Positions 22,082-32,288 of a DNA stretch of 64,000 nt are shown here, piece after piece; positions within the stretch are counted from its first letter, which is position 1; each line of letters opens with the position of its first letter. Source of the DNA: an uncultured cyanobacterium. GTDB lineage: Bacteria > Cyanobacteriota > Cyanobacteriia > Cyanobacteriales > Nostocaceae. The notes beneath the pieces are model-generated. The model saw only the letters and a list, made by a program, of their open reading frames with translations, did not search any database and was not told where the DNA came from. The position numbers and the translations under genes are program-made. The DNA is taken from positions 1,152,001 through 1,216,000 of the forward strand of contig OY970166.1 of NCBI GenBank assembly GCA_963706595.1. Reading direction: 5' to 3'.

Positions 22082-22182
22082 GGAGTGGGGAGTGGGGAGT
22101 GGGGAGTAGGGAGTAGGGAGTGGGGAGTGGGGAGTAGGGAGTAGGGAGTGGGGAGTGGGGAGTGGGGAATGGGGAGTGGGGA
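22074..22182. repeat. STRR heptamer (RGGGAGT)n, about 15 units
   Basis: Read directly from the sequence. Confidence 0.95.
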
Positions 22183-22238
22183 GGAATGAGTTAAGACTGA
22201 TCACTGATTATCACACGCTATAGGAAAGGAAAAAATTG

Positions 22239-22886
22239 ATGCGTTACAAAAAAGTCCTGTTTTTAGTGGCTACAGGAGTAAGTCTGACAAGCTGGGGATT
22301 TGTCGGATGCACACCGCAAGAAGCCCCGAAGGTGGAAGCAGAAGCGCCAGAAACGTCAACTTTAGCAGGACAGACTGAGACAGCTACAACTAAACCCCAA
22401 GAACGTCCGGGTGATGTGCCTTATGTGCCTACACCACAGGCAGTAGTAGATGCTATGTTAGAAGTAGCAAAAGTAGGTAAAGATGATGTACTTTATGACC
22501 TTGGTAGTGGTGATGGTCGCATTGTGACTACAGCCGCCCAAAAGTATGGTGTCAAAAAAGGTGTTGGTGTAGAAATCAACCCCGAACTGGTACAGGAAGC
22601 TACTGCAAATGCACAGAAAGCCGGAGTCAGCGATCGCGTAAAATTTGTACAGCAAGATTTGTTTAAATCTGATTTTAGTGAAGCTACGGTAGTTACACTT
22701 TATTTATTACCTGATATTAACCTCAAACTCCGTCCCCAGCTATTACAGCAACTCAAACCGGGAACGCGCATTGTCTCCCATGCTTTTGATATGGGCGAAT
22801 GGAAACCAGAACAGACATTGAATGTAGATGGACGGACAATTTACTACTGGGTTGTTCCTGAAGAAATTCCACCTAATTTGAAGTAA
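22239..22886 (+). CDS. SAM-dependent methyltransferase with lipoprotein-like signal
   Basis: Motifs DVPYVPTP, YDLGSGDGRI, VVTLYLL, RIVSHAF. Confidence 0.9.
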   Translation: MRYKKVLFLVATGVSLTSWGFVGCTPQEAPKVEAEAPETSTLAGQTETATTKPQERPGDVPYVPTPQAVVDAMLEVAKVGKDDVLYDLGSGDGRIVTTAAQKYGVKKGVGVEINPELVQEATANAQKAGVSDRVKFVQQDLFKSDFSEATVVTLYLLPDINLKLRPQLLQQLKPGTRIVSHAFDMGEWKPEQTLNVDGRTIYYWVVPEEIPPNLK

Positions 22887-23030
22887 AAGTAGTCCCCAGC
22901 GCAGAAGTCAAAAAGTTAGGTATTGGGGACAATAGGTAAAAATCATGGTGGGTGACGGCGCAAAATCAAAGATGTTCATTTTTATCCTGTGATTTGGTGC
23001 GCTTCACCTACCCTACACAATTTGCAGATT

Positions 23031-23840
23031 ATGAAAGGATTACAAGGAAAAAATGCGTTAGTGACAGGCGCAACTTCAGGAATTGGTCAGGCGATCGCCA
23101 TCAAACTTGCCCAATTAGGGTGTAATATAGGGATAAACTACCGCAGAACTCCAGAATCAGCAGCCGATACCGAAGCAATGGCAGTAGAGAAAGCCTGTAA
23201 AGATATCGAAAATTGCGGAATGCGTTCGCTGTTAGTAAAAGGTGATGTTTCCCAAGAAACAGATATTGTGAAAATGGTCAACAGTGTAGTTGACAACTTT
23301 GGTAGTTTAGATATTCTCATCAATAATGCCGGAATTCAAACAGAATGCCCATCCCACGAACTGACTACCGCAGACTTCGATCAAGTCCTTGCAGTTAACC
23401 TCCGGGGTGCTTTCCTCTGCGCCCGTGAAACCATCAAACATCTTTTATCCCAGAACCGTTCGGGAGTCATCATCAATATTTCCAGTGTTCACGAAATAAT
23501 TCCCAGACCTACATATCTGAGTTATTCCATCAGCAAAGGAGGAATGAAAAATCTCACTAAAACCCTAGCATTAGAATACGCTAATCGAGGTATTCGTGTC
23601 AATGCTGTCGCACCGGGAGCGACAGTGACACCAATCAATCAAGCTTGGATAGATGACCCAGAAAAAAAGGCAACTGTGGAAAGTCATATCCCCATGTGTC
23701 GTGCGGGAACTACTGAAGAAATGGCAGCCGCAGTAGCTTTTTTAGCTTCAGATGATGCCGGCTACATTACCGGTCAAACCCTATTTGTAGACGGGGGACT
23801 GAGTTTGTACGCTGATTTCCGCGAAAACTGGTCAGCTTGA
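23031..23840 (+). CDS. Short-chain dehydrogenase (glucose 1-dehydrogenase-like)
   Basis: Motifs TGATSGIG, INNAG, SSVH, YSISK. Confidence 0.92.
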   Translation: MKGLQGKNALVTGATSGIGQAIAIKLAQLGCNIGINYRRTPESAADTEAMAVEKACKDIENCGMRSLLVKGDVSQETDIVKMVNSVVDNFGSLDILINNAGIQTECPSHELTTADFDQVLAVNLRGAFLCARETIKHLLSQNRSGVIINISSVHEIIPRPTYLSYSISKGGMKNLTKTLALEYANRGIRVNAVAPGATVTPINQAWIDDPEKKATVESHIPMCRAGTTEEMAAAVAFLASDDAGYITGQTLFVDGGLSLYADFRENWSA

Positions 23841-23876
23841 GTAGGTGTTTGGGAGAATAGCGGTTCTCCCAATACG

Positions 23877-24944
23877 CTACGTAATTTGTAAAAGCTTTTC
23901 TAGACCTTCCTGAGATGTCTTCGATTCATTGACAATAAACTTTTCTGGTCTTTGATATTCACGATAAATATGCTCAATTCGTTCTAAGGATAATGGCTCC
24001 ATAAAGGCTGCTATTCTTTCTTTAGGGAGAATTTCTGTTTTCTCAATGTAGTTACTAACTTTTGAAGGATAATCACCAATACCAATATTAGGAACTCCTA
24101 GTATGTCAGCCATGATCACAGAGTGGAGACGATTTCCGAAGTGAAAATCCATTTTGCTGAGGATTTCAAAAAAACCTTCGGAGTGGTCCCAAGAATGAAT
24201 CTGACAGTGATCTTCAGGTAAATATTTTTGGAGTAATTCATGAAATCGGTTGTCATTTCTCTCATCTCCCTGGTGTGCTGGTAGTAGGTGAATGACCGAG
24301 TTAAACTTTTCAATTAATGGTATTAATTGTTGTGCATAAAATTCTGCTCTGCCTTCACCCCACCAAAACTTACCAGAAAAAGATATATGATTCAGATTAT
24401 CGGAAGATGGCTTTGCCTTTAAATATTTTTCGTATAAATCTAAGTCCAAAAAGGCTAAATCACCACCTAAATGAAGAGATTTACTATATTTAATTTTTTC
24501 AGTGACTAATATATAAGAATTATTGTCTCTGACGTATAAAAAATCTGCATTCTCAAATATTTGAGCTATGTTTTTTTCTGTTCCTGGTTTGATGCTTTCT
24601 AAACCTACACCTAAAAAACAAAAACGTTTACCCGTTAATTTGGCAAAAGTTTGCATCATCACTAAATTCTTCGGCTTGCTGCTGAAATTTAAAGTACCTC
24701 CGCCCCAAACAATATAATCACTTTTTAACATCAGCCACAGTTTGTGGATTTTCGTTAATTTATTATTGCTAAAAAATTCTATTTTTTCCCCTGAGTTACG
24801 ATAGTAGCTATCTTGGCAAAGTACAAAAACTTTTTCTATTCCTGGCTGGGATTCCCAATACTTTGTTAATTGCTGTACAAATATATCATCGCCTACATTG
24901 TTGTAACCATAATAGCCCATCAGTAGAATTTTCATATTAATCAC
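23877..24944 (-). CDS. Polysaccharide pyruvyl transferase family protein
   Basis: Motifs GYYGYNNVGDD, WGGG, YVRD, RLHS. Confidence 0.88.
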   Translation of the reverse strand: MINMKILLMGYYGYNNVGDDIFVQQLTKYWESQPGIEKVFVLCQDSYYRNSGEKIEFFSNNKLTKIHKLWLMLKSDYIVWGGGTLNFSSKPKNLVMMQTFAKLTGKRFCFLGVGLESIKPGTEKNIAQIFENADFLYVRDNNSYILVTEKIKYSKSLHLGGDLAFLDLDLYEKYLKAKPSSDNLNHISFSGKFWWGEGRAEFYAQQLIPLIEKFNSVIHLLPAHQGDERNDNRFHELLQKYLPEDHCQIHSWDHSEGFFEILSKMDFHFGNRLHSVIMADILGVPNIGIGDYPSKVSNYIEKTEILPKERIAAFMEPLSLERIEHIYREYQRPEKFIVNESKTSQEGLEKLLQIT

Positions 24945-25164
24945 AGTATTTATACTATTAGTATTGTCTTTTACATTTTATTTTGGCAAACCTGAACAGT
25001 ATATGTCAATTGTATATAATCCAACCACCCTGGTGCGGCGTTGAAAGCAAGTAAACTCCAATCATAGTAGCCTCTTTGCTTCGCAACGCGCGTCTAAGAG
25101 ATGCAAAAAACTCTAAATGGCGATGGGCGAAGCCGCGCCGTAGGGAATCCGCACGCACCTGAGA

Positions 25165-26427
25165 TTAATTCTTACCATGAGGACGCTGAATAATTGTTTC
25201 TACTACTCGCCGTTTAGCTTTGGGATCAATTCCTACCAAGCGCACGTACTCACCCTCATATTCAGCGAGATAACCTTCTAAAGCTGATATTGCATCCCAC
25301 TCAGCATTGATCTGAGTTGTACCGCAGCTTTGCCAAGAACCCATGCGGAAGCGCCGTTCATCTACGTGTTCAAAGTTAATTCTGTGACCTTGAGCTAAAA
25401 TTTGCCGAATTTGTTCTTGTGTCTCTAGGCTTAAATGGGTATTTGATACTTCTTGTTTCTGGAAACCATTACTGTTTTTGGGTTGCTGGGAACCATTGCT
25501 AGGTGTTACAGATGCTGCTGGTGCTGGTTGATAATTTTTACTACCTCGATTCAGTCGATTGTATTCATCAACCAATTGGGAATTTTCCACTCGTTGTTGT
25601 TCACCCACGATCAAGTTACCAGCCGAAATTAGGTGAGACAAGCTGAAATCAGGCTTTTTAAACTCTGGTGGCTTCTCAGCACTGTTTACTACACGCAATG
25701 ATACACGCTCGAAACCGACTTGATGGATAAATTCACGGACTTGTTGATCATAAATGCGCGATCGCAACGCACTATAAAAGTCAATAGATTGATGAGGAAA
25801 AGTATCAACTAGCTGTGCAACTTCTCGTTGTGAAAGTCCATCTTCTTCAAAAATTCCGCCAACAATTCCCACCTTATCGTCTCTATCGGGTTCCCAGTAG
25901 AATTTCTCCATCCGTCCATCCCGAATTAACGGCGCGTAGAGAGTGGAAAAATCATTCCCTGTGACAATAATCGGGACACGATGTAAGGGTGTAGAATCGT
26001 AGCTTCCAGGTAACTGCACATCTGTAGGATTATCAGCAATATTCATCAGTGTGGCATTTACCAACTGAGTATTTACAGTATACTGAGTACCCTCATCAAA
26101 GCGTCCCGCACCTGCATCTAAATCATTAATCATCAGCACGCACATTTTACCACGCACCTTGATTAATTCTGCGGTTTCCCGATAGCGCAAACGAATCAAC
26201 CGCGCCGGATCTCCCGCATCGGGACTTTCCAATTCTCCACCGGATATGTTAGTCACTTCGATACCCATTTTCTCGAAGACTAACTGACACTGAAACGTCT
26301 TTCCCTCGCCCTTGCGTCCATGAATCCCTAAAATCACGGGAACTCTGACACCAGGAAGATTCAAGAAATTTTTAGTGATGTGAACGCCAAGTTTGTCTAG
26401 AAAGCGGGGAGCAATGTAATAACTCAT
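25165..26427 (-). CDS. rca: RuBisCO activase with C-terminal RbcS-like domain
   Basis: GRKGEGKT, GELESPDAG, DLDAGAGR, plus an SSU-like tail EYVRLVGID. Confidence 0.95.
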   Translation of the reverse strand: MSYYIAPRFLDKLGVHITKNFLNLPGVRVPVILGIHGRKGEGKTFQCQLVFEKMGIEVTNISGGELESPDAGDPARLIRLRYRETAELIKVRGKMCVLMINDLDAGAGRFDEGTQYTVNTQLVNATLMNIADNPTDVQLPGSYDSTPLHRVPIIVTGNDFSTLYAPLIRDGRMEKFYWEPDRDDKVGIVGGIFEEDGLSQREVAQLVDTFPHQSIDFYSALRSRIYDQQVREFIHQVGFERVSLRVVNSAEKPPEFKKPDFSLSHLISAGNLIVGEQQRVENSQLVDEYNRLNRGSKNYQPAPAASVTPSNGSQQPKNSNGFQKQEVSNTHLSLETQEQIRQILAQGHRINFEHVDERRFRMGSWQSCGTTQINAEWDAISALEGYLAEYEGEYVRLVGIDPKAKRRVVETIIQRPHGKN

Positions 26428-26518
26428 AAAATTATTATTGATTAGGACTTATTAAAATCATGCTAAGTTTTTTTGGTGCATCTTGTTCATTTATCTTCTG
26501 GGATAAATTAAGTGCTAC

Positions 26519-26899
26519 CTACCACAAACGCTGAATTGGATACGCATCAAAAATCTGATCTGCACTCAGTAATGGTATATTTTCCACTATAGACTGTGCA
26601 ATTAACAATCTATCAAACGGATCACGATGATCTAACGGTAGTGATGAGATCACAGCAACATGGTCTATTCTGATTGGTAATAATTCAATTCCATTCATAA
26701 TTATTTGCTGTTCGATAAACTCGTTAAAGGTAGGCTCAAATTTGAGTTTACCGATACTATGCTTAATTGCCATTTCCCAAACACTGGCAATACTGAGGAG
26801 ATTATCATTATTTTCAATCTGCGATCGCATACTAGCGCTAATTCTGGGATCACCCGACACAAACCAAATCAAAATATGAGTGTCCAGTATTTGTCTCAT
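26519..26899 (-). CDS. VapC/PIN toxin
   Basis: LDTHILIW, SVWEMAIK, HRDPFDRLL; overlaps the antitoxin gene by 4 nt. Confidence 0.92.
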   Translation of the reverse strand: MRQILDTHILIWFVSGDPRISASMRSQIENNDNLLSIASVWEMAIKHSIGKLKFEPTFNEFIEQQIIMNGIELLPIRIDHVAVISSLPLDHRDPFDRLLIAQSIVENIPLLSADQIFDAYPIQRLW

Positions 26900-27123
26900 T
26901 CCATATATTCCTTAAAATCTTCTAATGGTTCATCAAAGTCATCAGATATTGTAATCATTCCCTTAGCACTACCAAATTTAGGACGGCGTTTTACAGGAAC
27001 TACAGGAGTTAACTTGATAACTGGTAAATTTTCCTTCATGATGATGATCTCTTCACCAGAAAGCGCTGCTTCAATCAATTCTGGTAAATTTTGAGATGCT
27101 TCAGACAAAGTAATTTGAGTCAT
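26896..27123 (-). CDS. Phd/YefM-type antitoxin
   Basis: EASQNLPELIE...GEEIII and FGSAKG...SDDFDEPLEDF. Confidence 0.88.
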   Translation of the reverse strand: MTQITLSEASQNLPELIEAALSGEEIIIMKENLPVIKLTPVVPVKRRPKFGSAKGMITISDDFDEPLEDFKEYME

Positions 27124-27181
27124 GATTTTTCCCTCAATATAGCCCTAATTAGATAATTATACGAATTGAATGATGGATGTA

Positions 27182-27883
27182 TTAAGAATTTTCTGATAAT
27201 CGGGTCATAAATTCTTGATATTCTGGGGAGTTTAACCCTTGATGTAACACTGCTAAAACCTGTGTCATTTCCCCTGTTAACAATGCAGCTACATCCAACC
27301 ATAAACCAGGATAAACACGACTTTTAATAATACCGTTAGCATCAGTAACTAATGATATATATTCACCATTTTCTAGAAAAAACCAATCAAGTTTATGATC
27401 GTAAATCTGCCAAACTAAATATTCTTTAACACCATTACGGCGATATACCCGTTTTTTATCATATAAATCATTAGCAGCACTACTAGCAGCAACTTCCGCC
27501 ACTAATTCCGGTGCGCCTTCAATGTAATCATCATCACTAATATGTGCTTGTCCACCCAGTTGCTCGTCAACTATCAGCACAACATCAGGTTGTGGTTCAT
27601 TATCTAAATCCAGACGGACTGTAACATTATCACCTAACTCTACCCCAGGAGTAGCAACTTTATAAGTTCCCAACCAAATAATCAAGTCTCCATGAGGTTT
27701 CCCATGACTTCTAAAACGCAAAGGTGAGGCCACGTATACAATTCCTTCTATGAGTTCAGCTTTCTTAATATTTGGCATTGCTGTGTATCGCCGTTCAAAT
27801 TCTTGACGTGTCAGGCGATCGCCACTTTCTAAAGGTAAAATTGGGATATTCTTACTCAAGCTTGGCTCTACCGATGCTTTCAT
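27182..27883 (-). CDS. Uma2-family endonuclease
   Basis: Motifs AELIEG, PQPD, GAPELVAEV, GVKEY. Confidence 0.92.
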   Translation of the reverse strand: MKASVEPSLSKNIPILPLESGDRLTRQEFERRYTAMPNIKKAELIEGIVYVASPLRFRSHGKPHGDLIIWLGTYKVATPGVELGDNVTVRLDLDNEPQPDVVLIVDEQLGGQAHISDDDYIEGAPELVAEVAASSAANDLYDKKRVYRRNGVKEYLVWQIYDHKLDWFFLENGEYISLVTDANGIIKSRVYPGLWLDVAALLTGEMTQVLAVLHQGLNSPEYQEFMTRLSENS

Positions 27884-27929
27884 AACAAATTCCTCAAAAT
27901 CGGATATTTACATCTAGTATAGGCAATTC

Positions 27930-28553
27930 TTATTTAAACCAATTTAACCAAGCATCCCAATTATCTACAATTTCGGCAAATTCTGCGTAACCTGCGCTTC
28001 TAGGATGAGCGCCATCATAATTTTTTGCCTCATTTATCCAAATATTTGATTTTTCTAATCTGGGAAATACATTTAAATAAGGCACATTTAATTCATCACA
28101 AACCAAAGCAAATCCTTGAGATAAATTAAGAATTCTTTCATTTCTCCCATCTTGTTCGCTATCAAAACATGGTGGTGGACTCACCATCAACACAGGATAT
28201 AACTGTTTAGCCTCACTTAAAATATTATGAATATTTTCCAGTGATTCTGTAATTGAAACACGAGTTTTGCCATTTTCTATAGTTGTATCATTAACACCAA
28301 AAGAAAACACAACTCTGCCTTCATATTCCTTTGGTAAGCGATAAGAAACTTCCTTTCGCCAACGATTTCTGAGTTCGGTACTTGTTTCTCGCCGCACCCC
28401 TAAATTATAGTAGGTAATATCATGACCTTTTTTATTCGCATTCACACATATTCGACCTGTCCAACCCAGACACTCAGGATCGCCCGCACCATTAACAAAC
28501 GATTCACCCAAAAAACAAATTCTAATTTGCTTGGGATGCTCAAAGCTCATCAA
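27930..28553 (-). CDS. GDSL/SGNH hydrolase
   Basis: Motifs FLGESF, NLGV, FGVND, DGAHP. Confidence 0.88.
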   Translation of the reverse strand: MMSFEHPKQIRICFLGESFVNGAGDPECLGWTGRICVNANKKGHDITYYNLGVRRETSTELRNRWRKEVSYRLPKEYEGRVVFSFGVNDTTIENGKTRVSITESLENIHNILSEAKQLYPVLMVSPPPCFDSEQDGRNERILNLSQGFALVCDELNVPYLNVFPRLEKSNIWINEAKNYDGAHPRSAGYAEFAEIVDNWDAWLNWFK

Positions 28554-28610
28554 AACTCTTCCTCTATTAAGTTGGTGCTAATCTTTTCAGCTACGTTAAT
28601 AAATTTCAAT

Positions 28611-28762
28611 GTAGGGTGTGTTGTCGCGTAGCGCAACGCACCGTCAAAACTTCGGCTGCGCTCATATTCATAGGTAAGAGCAGTTATGTCCGTCAAGGCT
28701 TTACGTTTTCGCTATGCTTTAACAGTTCAAGGTGCGTTAGCCTCCGGCATAACACACCCTAC
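28611..28762. repeat. Inverted pair of GTAG-type REP hairpins (REPIN-like)
   Basis: GTAGGGTGTGTTG...CAACGCACC at 28611 and GGTGCGTTA...TAACACACCCTAC ending at 28762. Confidence 0.7.
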
Positions 28763-28972
28763 TGGGGTGACAAGGCTAAAATGTTGCAATAGATTTTTGA
28801 CAAAATTGAGATAAATCAATGTTTTCTGCTTTTATCTAATGCACTATTTTAAGCTTGTCAGTCCACTACTAGCGTGGCAAGGCTAAAATGTTGCAATAGA
28901 TTTTTGAGAAAATTCAGATAAATCAATGTTTTCGGCTTTTTCCTAATGCACTATTTTAAGCTTGCCACGCTA
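28763..28972 (-). mobile_element. Two tandem 103-bp MITEs of the IS630 element (28763-28865, 28870-28972)
   Basis: Reverse complements of the MITEs at 55671, 58281 and 58388, each bounded by CTAC. An isolated right-end fragment follows at 28991-29017. Confidence 0.9.
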
Positions 28973-29031
28973 CTACTAGACTACAATTTTTTGCAACATT
29001 TTAAGCTTGTCACGCCACTACTTTAATTAAT

Positions 29032-29060
29032 AAAAAAAAGAGGCAGAAAACTCTACCTCT
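29032..29060 (-). terminator. Intrinsic terminator after rbcS
   Basis: Minus strand AGAGGTAG-loop-CTGCCTCT followed by a T-tract. Confidence 0.7.
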
Positions 29061-29117
29061 CTTCTAACGGGGAAAAACTAATTCAATTTCCCCAAAATTA
29101 ATTCAAAAATCCAACTC

Positions 29118-29453
29118 TTAGTATCTGCTGGTGCTGGGCTTGTGAACAATAAAGCTAAGAACTTGACACTGCTTGATGTTGTCAAAACCCACAACGCGGA
29201 TAAAGCAGTTGCTGTATTGAGAACGGCAAGATTGAACTTCGCTCAATACTTCTTGAGTGGACTTAGCGCCGAACAAAGGCAACTTCCACATTGTCCAGTA
29301 AAATTCTTTTGGTTCAGCAATTTCGTTAAACTCAATAGCTGGAATGTAACCTTGAGTCAAGATGTACTGAACCTGCTTGGCAATTTGAGCATCAGAAAGA
29401 GGTGGAAGGTAAGAAAGGGTTTCGTAACGACGCTCTTTTGGTAAAGTTTGCAT
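29118..29453 (-). CDS. rbcS: RuBisCO small subunit
   Basis: Motifs [18 protein letters not shown]. Confidence 0.98.
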   Translation of the reverse strand: MQTLPKERRYETLSYLPPLSDAQIAKQVQYILTQGYIPAIEFNEIAEPKEFYWTMWKLPLFGAKSTQEVLSEVQSCRSQYSNCFIRVVGFDNIKQCQVLSFIVHKPSTSRY

Positions 29454-29489
29454 AGCTTTTGATAATGGGTTGCGATTGATATTAGATTG

Positions 29490-29531
29490 CAGTTATCAGT
29501 TAACAGTTATCAGTTATCAGTTATCAGTTAA
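29490..29531. repeat. Heptamer STRR (CAGTTAT)n
   Basis: Read directly; lies between rbcX and rbcS. Confidence 0.85.
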
Positions 29532-29544
29532 CAATGACTACTGT

Positions 29545-29943
29545 TTACTGTTCACCGTAAGGATCTGAACTTGTCTGCTGTTCCGGTTGTGGACTGGGGT
29601 TAAATGTATCTATTCGTGTCATGCGTTCTAGATGCTGGCGACGTTGTTCCATATTGGCTTGCTGAAAGCCAGTGCGAACCATTTCGGGAAGAAAGTCGGC
29701 GACTTCCTCCGCTATGTGTTCTCTGACAGTCATAATCCGTAATGCCAAATCTGGCTTTTCGAGAAACAGTTGCTGAATATACGCTTCTCCGTCCTGGATT
29801 TTGCCAGCAGAAAAGTTATGTAGCCAAAGTTCCAACGGTGGATTCGTTTCGCCTAACTGTGCCAATACTGTTTTCAGCGCCTGATAAGTCAGGTAGCTTT
29901 GCAAAGTCTTGGCTGTATCCTTGGCAATTTGCTTAAGATTCAT
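29545..29943 (-). CDS. rbcX: RuBisCO chaperone RbcX
   Basis: MNLKQIAKDTAKTLQSYLTYQA; position between rbcL and rbcS. Confidence 0.97.
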   Translation of the reverse strand: MNLKQIAKDTAKTLQSYLTYQALKTVLAQLGETNPPLELWLHNFSAGKIQDGEAYIQQLFLEKPDLALRIMTVREHIAEEVADFLPEMVRTGFQQANMEQRRQHLERMTRIDTFNPSPQPEQQTSSDPYGEQ

Positions 29944-30044
29944 GTTTGTCCCCAGCCCATAAAAAGTAAAAAGCTAAAGTAAAAAGTAAAAAGAAAGAAT
30001 ATTATTTTCTTTTACTCTTTAACTTTTTACTAGTTACTTGAGGA

Positions 30045-31475
30045 TCAGACAGTATCCATGGCCTCGAACTCGAACTTGATTTCTTTCCACAGTTCGCAAG
30101 CCACAGCTAGTTCAGGACTCCACTTAGCAGCTTCACGGATAACGTCGTTACCTTCACGAGCCAAGTTGCGGCCTTCGTTACGAGCTTGGATACAAGCTTC
30201 CAAAGCTACACGGTTAGCGGTTGCACCAGGTGCGTTACCCCAGGGGTGTCCAAGAGTACCACCACCAAATTGTAGTACGGAGTCATCACCGAAGATTTCT
30301 ACAAGTGCGGGCATGTGCCATACGTGGATACCACCGGAAGCAACTGCCATTACGCCAGGTAAAGAAGCCCAGTCTTGGGTAAAGTAAATACCGCGAGACT
30401 TATCTTGCTCAATATAGTTTTCACGCAACAGGTCAACAAAGCCCATTGTGATCCCACGTTCGCCTTCTAACTTACCAACTACAGTACCTGTGTGGATGTG
30501 GTCTCCACCAGACAAGCGTAGGGCTTTAGCCAATACACGGAAGTGGATACCGTGGTTCTTTTGACGGTCGATAACTGCGTGCATAGCACGGTGAATGTGC
30601 AGCAAGATACCGTTAGCGCGACACCAATGTGACAATGTGGTGTTAGCGGTGAAACCTGCTGTCAGGTAGTCGTGCATGATGATAGGCTGTTTGAGTTCTT
30701 TAGCAAACTCAGCCCGTTCCAACATTTGTTCACAGGTGGGGGCGGTGACATTCAGGTAGTGACCTTTGATTTCACCGGTTTCAGCTTGGGCTTTGGTGAT
30801 AGCTTCAGAAACGAACAAGAAGCGATCGCGCCATCTTTGGAATGGTGCTGAGTTGATGTTTTCGTCGTCTTTGGTGAAGTCCAAACCACCGCGCAAGCAT
30901 TCGTATACAGCACGTCCGTAGTTCTTAGCGGACAAACCTAATTTGGGCTTAATGGTACAACCCAGCAAAGGACGACCGTATTTGTTTAATTTGTCACGCT
31001 CAACTTGGATACCGTGGGGAGGACCTTGGAAGGTCTTGATGTAAGCTACAGGAAAGCGGATGTCTTCCAAACGCAATGCGCGCAAGGCTTTAAAACCAAA
31101 TACGTTTCCTACGATAGAGGTCAATACGTTGGTTACAGAACCTTCCTCGAACAAATCTAGAGGATAGGCAACGTAGCAGATGTACTGGTTATCTTCGCCG
31201 GGAACTGGTTCGATATCGTAGCAACGACCTTTGTAGCGGTCGAGGTCGGTGAGCAAGTCTGTCCATACAGTTGTCCAAGTACCGGTGGAGGACTCAGCCG
31301 CCACAGCAGCACCAGCTTCTTCGGGAGGAACTCCAGGTTGGGGAGTCATCCGGAATGCTGCAAGAAGGTCTGTATCTTTAGGTGTGTAGTCTGGGGTGTA
31401 ATAAGTTAGTCTGTAATCTTTAACACCGGCTTGATACCCTGATTTGCTCTGGGTCTTGGTTTGAGCGTAAGACAT
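30045..31475 (-). CDS. rbcL: RuBisCO large subunit (form IB)
   Basis: Motifs [17 protein letters not shown]. Confidence 0.99.
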   Translation of the reverse strand: MSYAQTKTQSKSGYQAGVKDYRLTYYTPDYTPKDTDLLAAFRMTPQPGVPPEEAGAAVAAESSTGTWTTVWTDLLTDLDRYKGRCYDIEPVPGEDNQYICYVAYPLDLFEEGSVTNVLTSIVGNVFGFKALRALRLEDIRFPVAYIKTFQGPPHGIQVERDKLNKYGRPLLGCTIKPKLGLSAKNYGRAVYECLRGGLDFTKDDENINSAPFQRWRDRFLFVSEAITKAQAETGEIKGHYLNVTAPTCEQMLERAEFAKELKQPIIMHDYLTAGFTANTTLSHWCRANGILLHIHRAMHAVIDRQKNHGIHFRVLAKALRLSGGDHIHTGTVVGKLEGERGITMGFVDLLRENYIEQDKSRGIYFTQDWASLPGVMAVASGGIHVWHMPALVEIFGDDSVLQFGGGTLGHPWGNAPGATANRVALEACIQARNEGRNLAREGNDVIREAAKWSPELAVACELWKEIKFEFEAMDTV

Positions 31476-31979
31476 AAATTCCCTTCCAAGAAGTCACTCT
31501 TTAATTACTTCATCAAATCACGTTCTGTGCAACTTTCTCTCACTCCCGCTTTTTACCCTCACTAATTGGGGGAAAAATTAGGAAAATTTTTGTGTTAGAG
31601 GTTGGCTTTAGTGGGTAGATTTTCTAGCAACGAACATTTAGTAACATTTATTAACAAATGTTCTCCCCAAATTGGGGTGCGTGAACTTCGCACTTGGAGC
31701 TTTTTCCTCATCCCGTGAATAAAAATTCTTTTTTATCTCTTTCTCTTGCCCCGCTAAATTTGTGTATTTCCTGCAAAAACTCCATGTTTTGCGGGAAGTA
31801 TTAAATTATTCCCCTACATATCGGGGTTTTTAAGGAATTGGGCTGGTTGATACCCATTCCCTGCGACACACTCCTAATATGTCCCCTAATAATGGGAAAC
31901 AGACCAAGAGAGAATTTGCTTGACATAAACTCAGCAGAGTGATAAGTGAAAGAAAAAGAAATTGCACACCACGTAATTT

Positions 31980-32041
31980 GTAGCTTGTCTCACAATATAT
32001 CAAGAATTTGATAAGTTATTCTTTGAAAGTTTTTAACTTAT
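31980..32041 (-). promoter_or_regulatory. rbcL promoter with NtcA-type site and upstream dyad
   Basis: GTA-N8-CAC at 31980-31993 abuts a TGn-TATATT -10 box (31999-31994). Inverted repeat ATAAGTTA...TAACTTAT at 32011-32041 is a possible LysR-type site. Confidence 0.6.
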
Positions 32042-32288
32042 ATATTTAATTTTGTTATTACGTAAAGTTTAAAACTTTTTGTTAAGTTTAATTTACAAAA
32101 GTAAATATTAGCTGTATGGAACTGGGGAGCAGGGGGGAAAAATTGTAACTTCCCAATGACCAATGACTCATGACTCATTTGCAAAAATTTGTTACTGAAG
32201 TTTAAAAAATGCCGACCGGGGGAACACTGAAGTTAACTGCTAGCTAGTTTAGGTAGTGGCTGTGGGTACTGTCTTCAAAGGAAATGTC

